In this document: positions 27,966 through 37,424 of the stretch, piece by piece
Position numbering within the stretch: position 1 is the stretch's first letter
Layout of the letters: every line of letters begins with the position of its first letter
Source of the DNA: Candidatus Poribacteria bacterium
GTDB taxonomy: Bacteria; Poribacteria; WGA-4E; PCPOR2b
Direction: 5' to 3'
NCBI GenBank assembly: GCA_965208675.1
Contig: OZ242351.1
Coordinates: 1,696,001 to 1,760,000 of the forward strand
Length of the DNA: 64,000 bases
Position numbers and translations under genes: made by a program
The notes under the pieces: model-generated
What the model saw: the letters and a program-made list of their open reading frames with translations, nothing else
What the model was told of the DNA's origin: nothing
The model's database searches: none

Positions 27966-28439
27966 ATGGAAAACCTGAGTGTTGGCGATCTCGCGCCTGA
28001 CTTTACGCTTAGCGGCTCTATCGGTTCCGAGGATACCGAAGTTTCGTTGAGCGATTTCAAAGGGAAAAATCTGGTGGTAGTGTTTTATCCTCTTGATTTC
28101 TCTCCGGTGTGCTCAGTTCAGATTCCGGACTTCAATGAAGATTTGGACGACATCCGTTCAAAAAACGCAGACGTGGTTGCGATAAACCGTGACTCGGTGT
28201 TTGCACACAAGGCATGGAGCGAACATCTTGGGGGTGTGAATTTTCCGCTCTTGTCTGATATGAATCTAGAGGTATCAGCGAAGTTTGGGATGGCGCTTGG
28301 CGACGTGGGGATTACAAATCGCGGCGTAATTATCATTGATGGTGATGGTAGGATTGCTTTCAAGCATATTGAAAACGCACCGCCGGATAATACACTCGCA
28401 GTATCGCAGGTCATACGCGAACTTGATGCATTGAACTAA
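27966..28439 (+). CDS. Peroxiredoxin (AhpC/TSA, single Cys)
   Basis: FYPLDFSPVC peroxidatic motif; PLLSD; conserved Arg. Confidence 0.9.
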   Translation: MENLSVGDLAPDFTLSGSIGSEDTEVSLSDFKGKNLVVVFYPLDFSPVCSVQIPDFNEDLDDIRSKNADVVAINRDSVFAHKAWSEHLGGVNFPLLSDMNLEVSAKFGMALGDVGITNRGVIIIDGDGRIAFKHIENAPPDNTLAVSQVIRELDALN

Positions 28440-28567
28440 CTGCACGATTTCAACAGTTTCACGCCAAAATGAATGTAGCTTCAGAAAGATGTTAATCCGG
28501 AGTGCGTTATTGAATTGATATTTGCTGAAAATCGTGCGTTGAACTAGAAGAATCAGGAGACAAAGCC

Positions 28568-29533
28568 ATGCACCTCGGTGCGGTATCATCGGTGTTTATG
28601 ACTCGCCCGTTGAGGGAGGCGGCCCAAAAAATGCATGCATTGGGGCTGGAGTCGATCGAACTCGGGGCGGGCGGATACTTCCCCAAAACCCACTGCAATC
28701 CGGCAGAATTGTTAACGGATTCGGCTGCGCTAGCAACGTTCCAAGAGACGCTCGCGGAATTTGAATTGGCAATCAGCGCCTTTGCTATGCACGGCGAACC
28801 GCTGCACCCCGACCCGGCAATTGCTGCACCCTACGACCAAGATTTTCGAGATACCTGCAAACTGGCGGAAAAGATTGGCGTCACGCGCATAACGCTCTTG
28901 GGCGGGTTGCCTGAAGCGGTTCCCGGTGACAAGGAGCCGAATTGGATTCTATACCCGTATCCGCCGCGCAACATGGAATTGCACGAATGGCAGTGGGAAG
29001 AGCGGCTCATCCCATATTGGAAGGAACACGGACGAATTGCCGAAGATCACGGCGTTCGCCTCTGCTTTGAAATGCACCCCGGTGACATGATATTTAAACC
29101 CGAGGCGCTCCTGCGTCTGCGCGACGCGGTTGGACCGGTCGTCGGCTGCAACCTTGACCCGTCTCACCTGTTTTGGCAGGGCATGGACATTCACGAGGTG
29201 ATTCGGACAATTGGCGGCGATATAATTTACCATACGCACGCCAAAGACAGCTTGCCCGATCCGCACGTAGTCCGAGTGAACGGGATTTTAGATGCCAAAG
29301 ACTTCCAAGATTGCGAGAACAGGAGTTGGATTTTTCGTACTGTCGGATACGGGCACGACGAGGAATTTTGGCGTAAATTTGTCAGTGCCCTGAGGACAGT
29401 GGGTTACGATGATGTATTATCTATCGAACACGAAGATCCGTTGATTGATCCTGAAGAAGGATTTGAGCTTGCTGTCGGTGTGTTGCAGAAGGTGCTCATC
29501 CGTAAGCCGGCGGCAAAGTTGTGGTATGAGTAG
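28568..29533 (+). CDS. Sugar phosphate isomerase/epimerase (xylose-isomerase-like TIM barrel)
   Basis: FEMHPG, NLDPSHLFWQG, HAKD and SIEHED motifs. Confidence 0.85.
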   Translation: MHLGAVSSVFMTRPLREAAQKMHALGLESIELGAGGYFPKTHCNPAELLTDSAALATFQETLAEFELAISAFAMHGEPLHPDPAIAAPYDQDFRDTCKLAEKIGVTRITLLGGLPEAVPGDKEPNWILYPYPPRNMELHEWQWEERLIPYWKEHGRIAEDHGVRLCFEMHPGDMIFKPEALLRLRDAVGPVVGCNLDPSHLFWQGMDIHEVIRTIGGDIIYHTHAKDSLPDPHVVRVNGILDAKDFQDCENRSWIFRTVGYGHDEEFWRKFVSALRTVGYDDVLSIEHEDPLIDPEEGFELAVGVLQKVLIRKPAAKLWYE

Positions 29534-29549
29534 CAATGTGGAGATTGCT

Positions 29550-30407
29550 ATGAAAATCGGCGTGAATCTATGGATATGGGGTTCGCCCTTTCGAACCGAC
29601 GAACATTTGGAACTCATCCCTCAGATTAAAGCGTGGGGCGGCGAGGTAATTGAACTAGCCACAGAAGATGACGCAGACATAGACACCAGAGCGGTGCGCC
29701 AAGCACTTGACGGGGAGGGGATGTCTGCTTCCGTGATCGGCGTTTTCGGCTCGGTTCGAGATTTGTCGCACCCCGATGCCGCTGTTAGGCAAAACGGCAT
29801 CAACTACGCCAAACGCTCCGTAGATACGTGTGCCGAGATTGGCGCAACGATATTTTCCGGAGCTGTCGCCGGGGTTGGCGGCGGGGAGTTGCTTTTGGGG
29901 GATACACGCCATTCTCGTATCAATCAGGCTGCGGAGTGCTTGCATGTACTTGGGGATTATTCCGCCCAAGCGGGCGTGCAATTTGTGATTGAGATACTCA
30001 ATCGCTACGAGACCAATTTCCTCAACACCGCGGCAGAGGCTCGTGAACTTATAAATCTCGTCAATCACCCCGCCGTTGGGATACATCTTGATACATTCCA
30101 CATGAGTCATGAGGAGAATAATCTAGGCGATGCTATTCGCCAGGCTGGCAATAAACTAATGCACTTTCACGGCAGCGATAGTCATCGTGGAACCCCGGGA
30201 ACCGGGCTAGTGCATTGGGATGATGTGGCAACCGCGTTGAGGGACATCAACTACGATGGATATGTGGTTATTGAGTCGTTCAACCCACGGAGCCCGATAG
30301 GTCCTCTTGCACGATTTTGGCGTTTTTTCGCTGAATCGCCGGAGACACTCGCACGAGAGGGCATTGCCTTCCTGAAAGAGGCGCTGCTCGGAGAAGGAGA
30401 GATGTGA
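29550..30407 (+). CDS. D-psicose/D-tagatose 3-epimerase family protein
   Basis: EILNRYET, LDTFHM, HRGTPGTG and IESF motifs; GGAG RBS before ATG 29550. Confidence 0.85.
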   Translation: MKIGVNLWIWGSPFRTDEHLELIPQIKAWGGEVIELATEDDADIDTRAVRQALDGEGMSASVIGVFGSVRDLSHPDAAVRQNGINYAKRSVDTCAEIGATIFSGAVAGVGGGELLLGDTRHSRINQAAECLHVLGDYSAQAGVQFVIEILNRYETNFLNTAAEARELINLVNHPAVGIHLDTFHMSHEENNLGDAIRQAGNKLMHFHGSDSHRGTPGTGLVHWDDVATALRDINYDGYVVIESFNPRSPIGPLARFWRFFAESPETLAREGIAFLKEALLGEGEM

Positions 30408-30512
30408 ACACTAAGCTAACCGGTGGCCTGACGCACATCCAAATAAAAAAACTAAGCTGAACTGAGTAAACTATATTGCCATGTTAGAATATTTAAATCA
30501 AGGAGAAAACTA

Positions 30513-31562
30513 ATGAAACAGTTGTTGAGGATTACTTTTTTTGCTGTAATCGTCTGCTTGTCGATTCCAGCAACCAGTCTTGCACAGACTGTCGTATCGT
30601 TCAATCCCCCTGTAATGGAATCACCAGACACCGCACAGCAATTTACTATTGATGTTCAAATCTCAAATGCAACCGATGTCTTCGGATATCAAATCGCTCT
30701 CACATTCGACTCAACGGCACTCGCATACGTCAGCGTCCAAAATGGAGACTTCTTAGCGGGATCCATCGGCCCGCCAACGCTTCCCCCAATCGTCGCTGAC
30801 GGCGAAATCAAGTTCGGTGCAACCCTATTAGGGGCAGTGCCCGGTGTCAATGGAGACGGAACACTCGCAACCGTTACGTTTGAAGTCGTTGCCGTGAAAA
30901 CATCTGCACTCGGACTTGATGTTAAGGTGATAGATTCAAACGACCAGCAGTTGGAATTGACAACTGAATCAGGCACGATTACCGGCGCACCGCTCGAACC
31001 TGTGAGAACTGAACCGGAAGGTGATGTGTTATCGTTCGAAGCAACAATTTCGAGCGCAAACACACCAGCCAAAGGCTTTATCGCGCTATGGGAAGGAACG
31101 ATGGAGATACAGGCGGGTACGTCCATTGAATACCAGGTGATGTTCTCAGGGATTAGCGTCCACACACAAGGCGGTGCCTACGCTCACACTGCCGACGGTA
31201 GAATCGTTGGTCTCGTTGATGATGCTGCTGGGTCAGATTGGCAACACCGCAAGGTCTCACTCGACGACATTGCTGGCAGTGAAATTGTTGCGATAACAGT
31301 TGGCACGGATAACGGAGACAATCCGGATAATCCAGCGGGGTTATTTGGAATGGTGATTGACAACGTGCAGATAACCAGCGACGCGGGTGTTTTGACGAAG
31401 GTATGGGTTGACGAAAGTACGATTGGCGGTGCGCAGGAGGCGGCTGCGCCGTTCGGCGATTCGACCGGTGTTGAGGGCATGCGGGCATTCATCTCTGCCG
31501 TTTCTGTCGAACCGCAATCGAAGATGTTAACAAGTTGGGCGCATCTTAAAGCAGCACGTTGA
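30513..31562 (+). CDS. Secreted cohesin-like domain protein with a conserved-type C-terminal tail
   Basis: Signal peptide; GYQIALTFD...NGDFL...GDGTLATVTFEV cohesin pattern; ends AVSVEPQSKMLTSWAHLK. Confidence 0.75.
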   Translation: MKQLLRITFFAVIVCLSIPATSLAQTVVSFNPPVMESPDTAQQFTIDVQISNATDVFGYQIALTFDSTALAYVSVQNGDFLAGSIGPPTLPPIVADGEIKFGATLLGAVPGVNGDGTLATVTFEVVAVKTSALGLDVKVIDSNDQQLELTTESGTITGAPLEPVRTEPEGDVLSFEATISSANTPAKGFIALWEGTMEIQAGTSIEYQVMFSGISVHTQGGAYAHTADGRIVGLVDDAAGSDWQHRKVSLDDIAGSEIVAITVGTDNGDNPDNPAGLFGMVIDNVQITSDAGVLTKVWVDESTIGGAQEAAAPFGDSTGVEGMRAFISAVSVEPQSKMLTSWAHLKAAR

Positions 31563-31581
31563 ACGAACAACTCATTATATG

Positions 31582-31733
31582 TAGGACTTACGCACTTCAG
31601 ATTGAAGGTGCCTAATTCATAAGGCTCGAAGAGCATGACCAGGCTTTACACCCATTGTAGGTGGGGCAATTGCCCTGCATTGGTGGTGAAGCATCGAATT
31701 ACCACACTTCATCCTTCAACTGCGTAAGTCCGA
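31582..31733. mobile_element. 152-bp MITE with terminal inverted repeats and a 5-bp target duplication
   Basis: TIR TAGGACTTACGCA / TGCGTAAGTCCGA (12/13); subterminal TTGAAGG/CCTTCAA; flanked by ATATG at 31577-31581 and 31734-31738. Confidence 0.8.
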
Positions 31734-31871
31734 ATATGTAAATACCCTTCAATTAGGCGCTCAGCTCGCCGCTAAATACTAGGGTACCAGATAGGAGTTC
31801 GTGGACTAGCAATTCACTTCTGATGTGTTAGGAAAACTTGCAGCAATTTTACCGCCAAAGGAGAAGAATTT

Positions 31872-32651
31872 ATGTACCGTTTATCCGCCTGTGCTGATAC
31901 ACTTTTTCTCGATTTGCCGTTTGAGGAGCGCGTAAAGAAAATTTGTGCGGCGGGATTCTTAGCTGAGTTTTGGCTCTGGGACGGGCGCGACATGGACGCC
32001 CTAGCTGCTGAGCCAACAATTCAGGTCAATAACTTTGTCATTGGTCCCGGCGACGGTTGTATCGTTCATCCGGACAATGTGGAGGGATACTTTGCCAATG
32101 TCGAAGAGGGGCTTACGATTGCCAAAAAGCTGCAGTGCCGGCGATTCATTGCCTTGAGCGGGGGACTTAGCCCGGAAACAGGGGCGTCGACACACCCGGT
32201 TGCCGCACATCCGATTGCCCGATGGGTGACAGCCTACAAAGCCTTGCGCCGATTGGGCGACATCGCTGAACAACACGATGTTGTCTTCAGCCTAGAACAC
32301 CTGAATATCAAATTAGACCATCCTGGATACCCGCTGGCAAATGTAGAAGACGCAGCCCGTTTGGTGAGGGAGGTGGACAGCCCCGGGATAAAGCTGCTCC
32401 TAGACCTTTATCACGCCCAAGTCCAGGAAGGAAACCTGATTGAGCTAATTCGAGAATATCATGACATCGTCGGGCACATTCACGTCGCAGACGTTCCCGG
32501 ACGCCATGAACCAGGCACGGGAGAGATAAATTATCCCCAGGTGGTTGAAACACTTCACGAGGTTGGCTACGATGGCGTGGTCGGCTTGGAGGCCTTCCCC
32601 AAGAATGACGACTATGAGGCAATGAATCGCTTCCGCGACATATTCGGTTAG
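31872..32651 (+). CDS. Hydroxypyruvate isomerase (Hyi)-family TIM barrel
   Basis: LEHLN...DHPG, DLYHAQ...EGNL and ADVPGRHEPGTGEINY motifs. Confidence 0.85.
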   Translation: MYRLSACADTLFLDLPFEERVKKICAAGFLAEFWLWDGRDMDALAAEPTIQVNNFVIGPGDGCIVHPDNVEGYFANVEEGLTIAKKLQCRRFIALSGGLSPETGASTHPVAAHPIARWVTAYKALRRLGDIAEQHDVVFSLEHLNIKLDHPGYPLANVEDAARLVREVDSPGIKLLLDLYHAQVQEGNLIELIREYHDIVGHIHVADVPGRHEPGTGEINYPQVVETLHEVGYDGVVGLEAFPKNDDYEAMNRFRDIFG

Positions 32652-32705
32652 AAGAATCTACCTCGAAATCTTAGTTTACAATTCAAGCTGAAAAGAAACG
32701 AAAAC

Positions 32706-33752
32706 ATGCGGACATATTCCCCCGAATTCCTTACTACTGTAACACAGGACGTGTTTATTGCCTGTGGGTCGCCGCCGGGCGAAGCCGCAATCGTGGCGGA
32801 GCAGTTGGTTGGCAATAACCTGATGGGAATGGATTCTCACGGGGTCGTGAGAATTCCCCAATACGTAGGGTGGGTTGAGCAGGGCACCGTCAAAGCGGGC
32901 GCACCGGTTTCACTGGTCGAGGAAAATGGCGGTACTGCGGTTGTTGATTGTGGATTTAATTTTGGCCAGGTTGGCGGACTCCGGGCGATGGAGATAGCCA
33001 TTACAAAGGCTAAAGAATATAAGGTTGCCTGCGTCGTTACCCGCCGCTGCACGCACGTGGGACGTTTAGGTTACTTCACACAAATTGCGGCTGAAAACGG
33101 CATGTTCGCGATGGCAATGGTCAACGGTTGCAAGGAAGTACATTGGGTGGTGCCCTTTGGCGGACGGGAAGGGCGGCTTGCAACGAATCCGATATCGTAT
33201 GCGGTACCGGGTGTTGACCATCCAATCGTGTCTGATATGGCAACAAGCATGACTGCCGAGGGGAAAGTCCGCGTTCACCGGAATCGTGGGCAAATGCTGC
33301 CAGAAGGGTGGATACTTGACGCGGAAGGCAATCCCAGTGTAGACCCCCACGACTTATATGGTCCTCCTCATGGCTGGATTTTACCGCTTGGGGGCAGCGC
33401 GGGACATAAAGGATTTGCGTTAGGATTGCTGGTGGATTTGCTGAGCGGAACCCTGGCTGGTGATTTCATCACGGAAGACAGGCCTCGAGGAACTCAAGGA
33501 GTATGCTTTATTGTAATTGATGTCTCGGCGTTTGTGCCTACCGACCGGTTCCGCGATCTAATGGACGACGTCATTTCATATTTCAAATCTACCCCGCCCA
33601 TGCCGGGGCTTCAAGAAGTGATGATGCCGGGAGAAGTTGAATTAAAAACTCTCGCAGACCGGCGAGAGAACGGTATCCCTATTGAATCGTTCACTTGGGA
33701 TCAGATACAGGAAACTGCCAAAAAACTCAACGTTGAGATTACAGAACACTAA
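32706..33752 (+). CDS. Ldh_2-family (malate/L-lactate/ureidoglycolate-type) dehydrogenase
   Basis: DSHGV, HVGRLGY, TNPISY, DMATS and GHKGFAL motifs. Confidence 0.9.
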   Translation: MRTYSPEFLTTVTQDVFIACGSPPGEAAIVAEQLVGNNLMGMDSHGVVRIPQYVGWVEQGTVKAGAPVSLVEENGGTAVVDCGFNFGQVGGLRAMEIAITKAKEYKVACVVTRRCTHVGRLGYFTQIAAENGMFAMAMVNGCKEVHWVVPFGGREGRLATNPISYAVPGVDHPIVSDMATSMTAEGKVRVHRNRGQMLPEGWILDAEGNPSVDPHDLYGPPHGWILPLGGSAGHKGFALGLLVDLLSGTLAGDFITEDRPRGTQGVCFIVIDVSAFVPTDRFRDLMDDVISYFKSTPPMPGLQEVMMPGEVELKTLADRRENGIPIESFTWDQIQETAKKLNVEITEH

Positions 33753-34411
33753 GGTCGTCGTAATATTTTACCTTTTCTCTGCACTAACAGATTCACTTCA
33801 GATAAAATAAACCTCATTCCAAACTGTAAATTTCGCAAAAACCTCGTCAGATTGTCAAATATCCCTACTCTATCATAACACAACTAGGTGGAATTCATGT
33901 AAATCGGTCGAACTATTTTGCACTGCCTTGGTTCGATTCGATTCATGTGCAAGTGCTCTCCCTTGCATCGGGCAATACACAGGCTTTGACTTAGGGCGGG
34001 CCCAAACGGGTGCGACGAAACGATTGCGCGGCAGCACACACCAGCTTTATCGCCATCTAATTACAGGTGTCCTACCCCACAGGTGTAGTTGACATGAGTT
34101 CTTAGTCGACGGTTTCATCTGTTGAACATAAGGCAATGTTAGTGGGATTGGCACCTGAGAGCGTCATTGCTGTGGCTGCTCTGACTGTTGTCGCGTCTCC
34201 ATGATGACGGCGGTCATTTATAATTTCTAAACTATTGACATAAAATCGAAAGAATTCATTAAAATTACTTGGTTTGAATTTCGTCACGCCCCCGTCAAAT
34301 TTGTTTAATTTGAGTGCGGTAGAGTGCTTCTTTTGGAAAACGACGAAATACGCAGCGTTGAACAGTAAATTCAATGACATACAACAACTATCAATTTGAG
34401 GAGCAATAGTA

Positions 34412-35299
34412 ATGAATGTTAAAATCGGTAGTGCGCCGGATAACTGGGGCGTCTGGTTTGCGGATGATCCCAAGCAAACCCCATGGCACCGATTCCTAGA
34501 TGAAATGGTCGAAGCTGAATATGAGTGGACCGAGCTTGGCCCTTACGGTTATCTACCAACTGATTTGCCTACACTTCGGTCTGAACTGGACAAACGGGAT
34601 ATGAAGGTGTCTGGTACGTTTGCCATGGATCATCTCGAAGATCCTGAATCATGGCCGACGTTGGAAAGGCAACTGCTTGGCGCAGGCGAATCGCTGGCTT
34701 TTCTCGGTGCTGATTACCTTGTGTTGATCGACGATACCTATACCAACCCCTTTACGGGTGAACTACAGAGGCCTAAGTCACTTGATGAAAGCTCGTGGAA
34801 ACGACTAATTGACACAACGCACAAGGTGGCGGATATCGCACGCGACCGATTTGCGCTCCAAGTGGTCTTTCACCCTCACGCTGATACACATGTCGAATAC
34901 GAGGATCAGATAGAGATGTTTCTGGCACAGACGGATCCCGATCGGGTGAAGATTTGCTTCGATACGGGTCATCATGCTTATCGCCACGGCGACCCGGTGG
35001 ATTTCATGCGGCGGCACCACAACCGAGTGCCCTACCTGCATCTCAAAAGCATTGATGAGAACATACGGCAGAAAGTCGAAGCCGAAGACATTCCGTTTGC
35101 CACTGCTGTGAGTATGGATATGTTTTGTGAACCAGCCGCTGGCGCCGTGGATTTTCTTGCGTTCCGGGACGTGCTCCGCGAGATTGATTACGACGGCTTC
35201 GCAATCGTGGAACAGGACATGTACCCGGCACCGTTTGACAAACCTCTGCCCATTGCCAAACGCACCCGCGCATACCTGCGTGAAATTGGCATCGGTTGA
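34412..35299 (+). CDS. 2-keto-myo-inositol dehydratase (IolE)-like protein
   Basis: APDNWGVW, ELGPYGYLP, FHPHADT, DTGH, HLK and VEQD motifs. Confidence 0.8.
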   Translation: MNVKIGSAPDNWGVWFADDPKQTPWHRFLDEMVEAEYEWTELGPYGYLPTDLPTLRSELDKRDMKVSGTFAMDHLEDPESWPTLERQLLGAGESLAFLGADYLVLIDDTYTNPFTGELQRPKSLDESSWKRLIDTTHKVADIARDRFALQVVFHPHADTHVEYEDQIEMFLAQTDPDRVKICFDTGHHAYRHGDPVDFMRRHHNRVPYLHLKSIDENIRQKVEAEDIPFATAVSMDMFCEPAAGAVDFLAFRDVLREIDYDGFAIVEQDMYPAPFDKPLPIAKRTRAYLREIGIG

Positions 35300-35383
35300 A
35301 GTCTATGCGGCAGCGCAAATAGGCAAATCAACCTGCGCCTGTTCGTTAAAACGTTCACCTCTACAATTATTAGGAGTAGGACT

Positions 35384-36640
35384 ATGCTCTTCAACAAAGA
35401 CCGGGCAGCAGATTATATGCGGCGTTGCGAAGTTGATGTTCTAATTGCAACGTCACCCGTGAACATCACATATTTTTCAGGTTATTTTTCCTGGCTGGAT
35501 CCACTGTTCAGAGAGTATATGATGGCGCCGGGGAAATCGAGTAATTTGGATCAAACGGCGCCATACGCTATCTTCCCGCTTGAAGGCGAGCCCGCGCTCG
35601 TTATCACCCCGTTGTTTGCGGTTAATGCCGCCGATTTGTGGGTAAAGGATTTGCATATTTTTGGCGAAGCGCTCCTTGATGAATCGGTGCCGCCCACAGC
35701 CTTGTCCGACTCGGACCGTCGTTTTTTCGAGTTGCTTCATGGGAAGCAACAAAATGCAACACCAACTGACGCAGTCTTGAGCGTCTTAAAAGCGCGTGGA
35801 TTGACGGATGCGCGGATTGGCTTGGATATGGAAGGGTTAACGCCGTCATCAAAAGCGCTAATTGAGCGTGGGTTGCCAAGGGCAACGATTAAGGATTGCT
35901 CGAACCTCATTCGCCTCATTCGGATGGTAAAAACAGAAGATGAACTATCGAAACTGACCCGCGCCGCCGAAATCAGCGAGCGGGCGGCAATGGAAAGTTT
36001 TGCAATCGCGAAACCGGGGCGACCCATATCTGAAATCGTTCAGCACTACCGTGCGCAGGTAGCTGGCAATGGCGCATATTTCGACCACTTCGCGTATGGT
36101 GTTAGGGGTCTAGGCATTGCCACAGAGTCAAACCATGTCTTGACCGAAGACGATTTTCTCTATGTGGATTTTGGCTGCATTTATAAATACTGTTTCTCGG
36201 ACACCGGAACGACGTTGGCGATGCGCGAGCCGTCTGCATCAATCCTCGAAAGGCATGCAGCACTGCGTGCTTGTACACGTGCAGGTGTGGAGGTAATACA
36301 GCCGGGAGTGAAAACCTCCGAGGTGCAAGCAGCCATGTGGCAAACCCTCAATGCAAACGGAGTCACCGCCTCGTTTCCACACGGGCACGGCTTGGGTTTA
36401 GAAGTGCGGGACTACCCAATCATCGTTGCTGACAACGGCCAACGTATCAAAGACGATTGCGTGGACGTGCCGTCGGACCTGCCGCTCGAATCGGACATGG
36501 TAATCAACTTGGAGGCAATGATCTCCATTCCGGGCGTCGGGACATTGCACATCGAGCAATCATTTGTCGTTACCGCTGACGGGTGTCGTCCGCTCGTGCC
36601 GCAGTACCGTGAGCGCCCCATTCTACCTAACACAGCTTAA
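35384..36640 (+). CDS. M24 (Xaa-Pro peptidase / creatinase-like) hydrolase
   Basis: RMVKTEDE, DFG...SDTG, HGHGLGLEV and HIEQ motifs. Confidence 0.85.
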   Translation: MLFNKDRAADYMRRCEVDVLIATSPVNITYFSGYFSWLDPLFREYMMAPGKSSNLDQTAPYAIFPLEGEPALVITPLFAVNAADLWVKDLHIFGEALLDESVPPTALSDSDRRFFELLHGKQQNATPTDAVLSVLKARGLTDARIGLDMEGLTPSSKALIERGLPRATIKDCSNLIRLIRMVKTEDELSKLTRAAEISERAAMESFAIAKPGRPISEIVQHYRAQVAGNGAYFDHFAYGVRGLGIATESNHVLTEDDFLYVDFGCIYKYCFSDTGTTLAMREPSASILERHAALRACTRAGVEVIQPGVKTSEVQAAMWQTLNANGVTASFPHGHGLGLEVRDYPIIVADNGQRIKDDCVDVPSDLPLESDMVINLEAMISIPGVGTLHIEQSFVVTADGCRPLVPQYRERPILPNTA

Positions 36641-36656
36641 CATTGGTACATATCCC

Positions 36657-37388
36657 ATGAGCAAACCAAGCATACTAGTCTTTAGTGCGCATGCCGCCGA
36701 CTTTTGCTCACGCGGCGGCGGGACGATAGCGCTGTACGTCCGCGGCGGTGCACAAGTTCACGTAATTGATTTGACCTTCGGTGAACGCGGGGAATCCGAA
36801 GATTATTGGGCGCGCGTTCAGCCCAAATCCATGATTGAGGCGAGGGAGACGCGTACACAAGAAGCCGAAACAGCCGCCTCCATTCTTGGAGCGAGTATTG
36901 AGTTTATGGATTACGGCGACTATCCTCTGATGATCGATAGACCTCGTCTAGATTCGATGGCGAGGCTGATCCGGCAGCGGCGCCCGGACATTATATTGAC
37001 TCACTGGAAGATAGACCCTCACAACATAGACCATGAAGTAACGACGGCATCCGTCATTCGTGCAGCTACAATGGCTGCCGTACCCGGTTTTGACCACGAC
37101 AGCGAAACAGTTCATCCCTTTCCACATCTTTTTGGTTTTGAACCGTCAGTTCCGCGCGATGACATTACAGGCTTTGTACCGGACACCTACGTAGATATTA
37201 CAGAGGTATTCGAAACCAAAATCGCCGCGCTACACGCTCTCCGATCGCAAACAAAGTTGGTCTCACGGTACACACAATGGGCGGAATACCGAGGTGCGCA
37301 GGCAACACAGTGGAGTGGACAACAAATAAAATACGCGGAAGCCTTCAAACGGTACACAGCGTCCGTGGGAACTCGATTGCCGTGCTAA
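36657..37388 (+). CDS. PIG-L family protein, 4-oxalomesaconate hydratase (GalB)-like
   Basis: SAHAADF..RGGG, TFGERGES, THWxxDPxNxDH and YAEAF motifs. Confidence 0.75.
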   Translation: MSKPSILVFSAHAADFCSRGGGTIALYVRGGAQVHVIDLTFGERGESEDYWARVQPKSMIEARETRTQEAETAASILGASIEFMDYGDYPLMIDRPRLDSMARLIRQRRPDIILTHWKIDPHNIDHEVTTASVIRAATMAAVPGFDHDSETVHPFPHLFGFEPSVPRDDITGFVPDTYVDITEVFETKIAALHALRSQTKLVSRYTQWAEYRGAQATQWSGQQIKYAEAFKRYTASVGTRLPC

Positions 37389-37424
37389 GGTCTAAATCAT
37401 AACGATTTGACACTCTCAGAGCGG

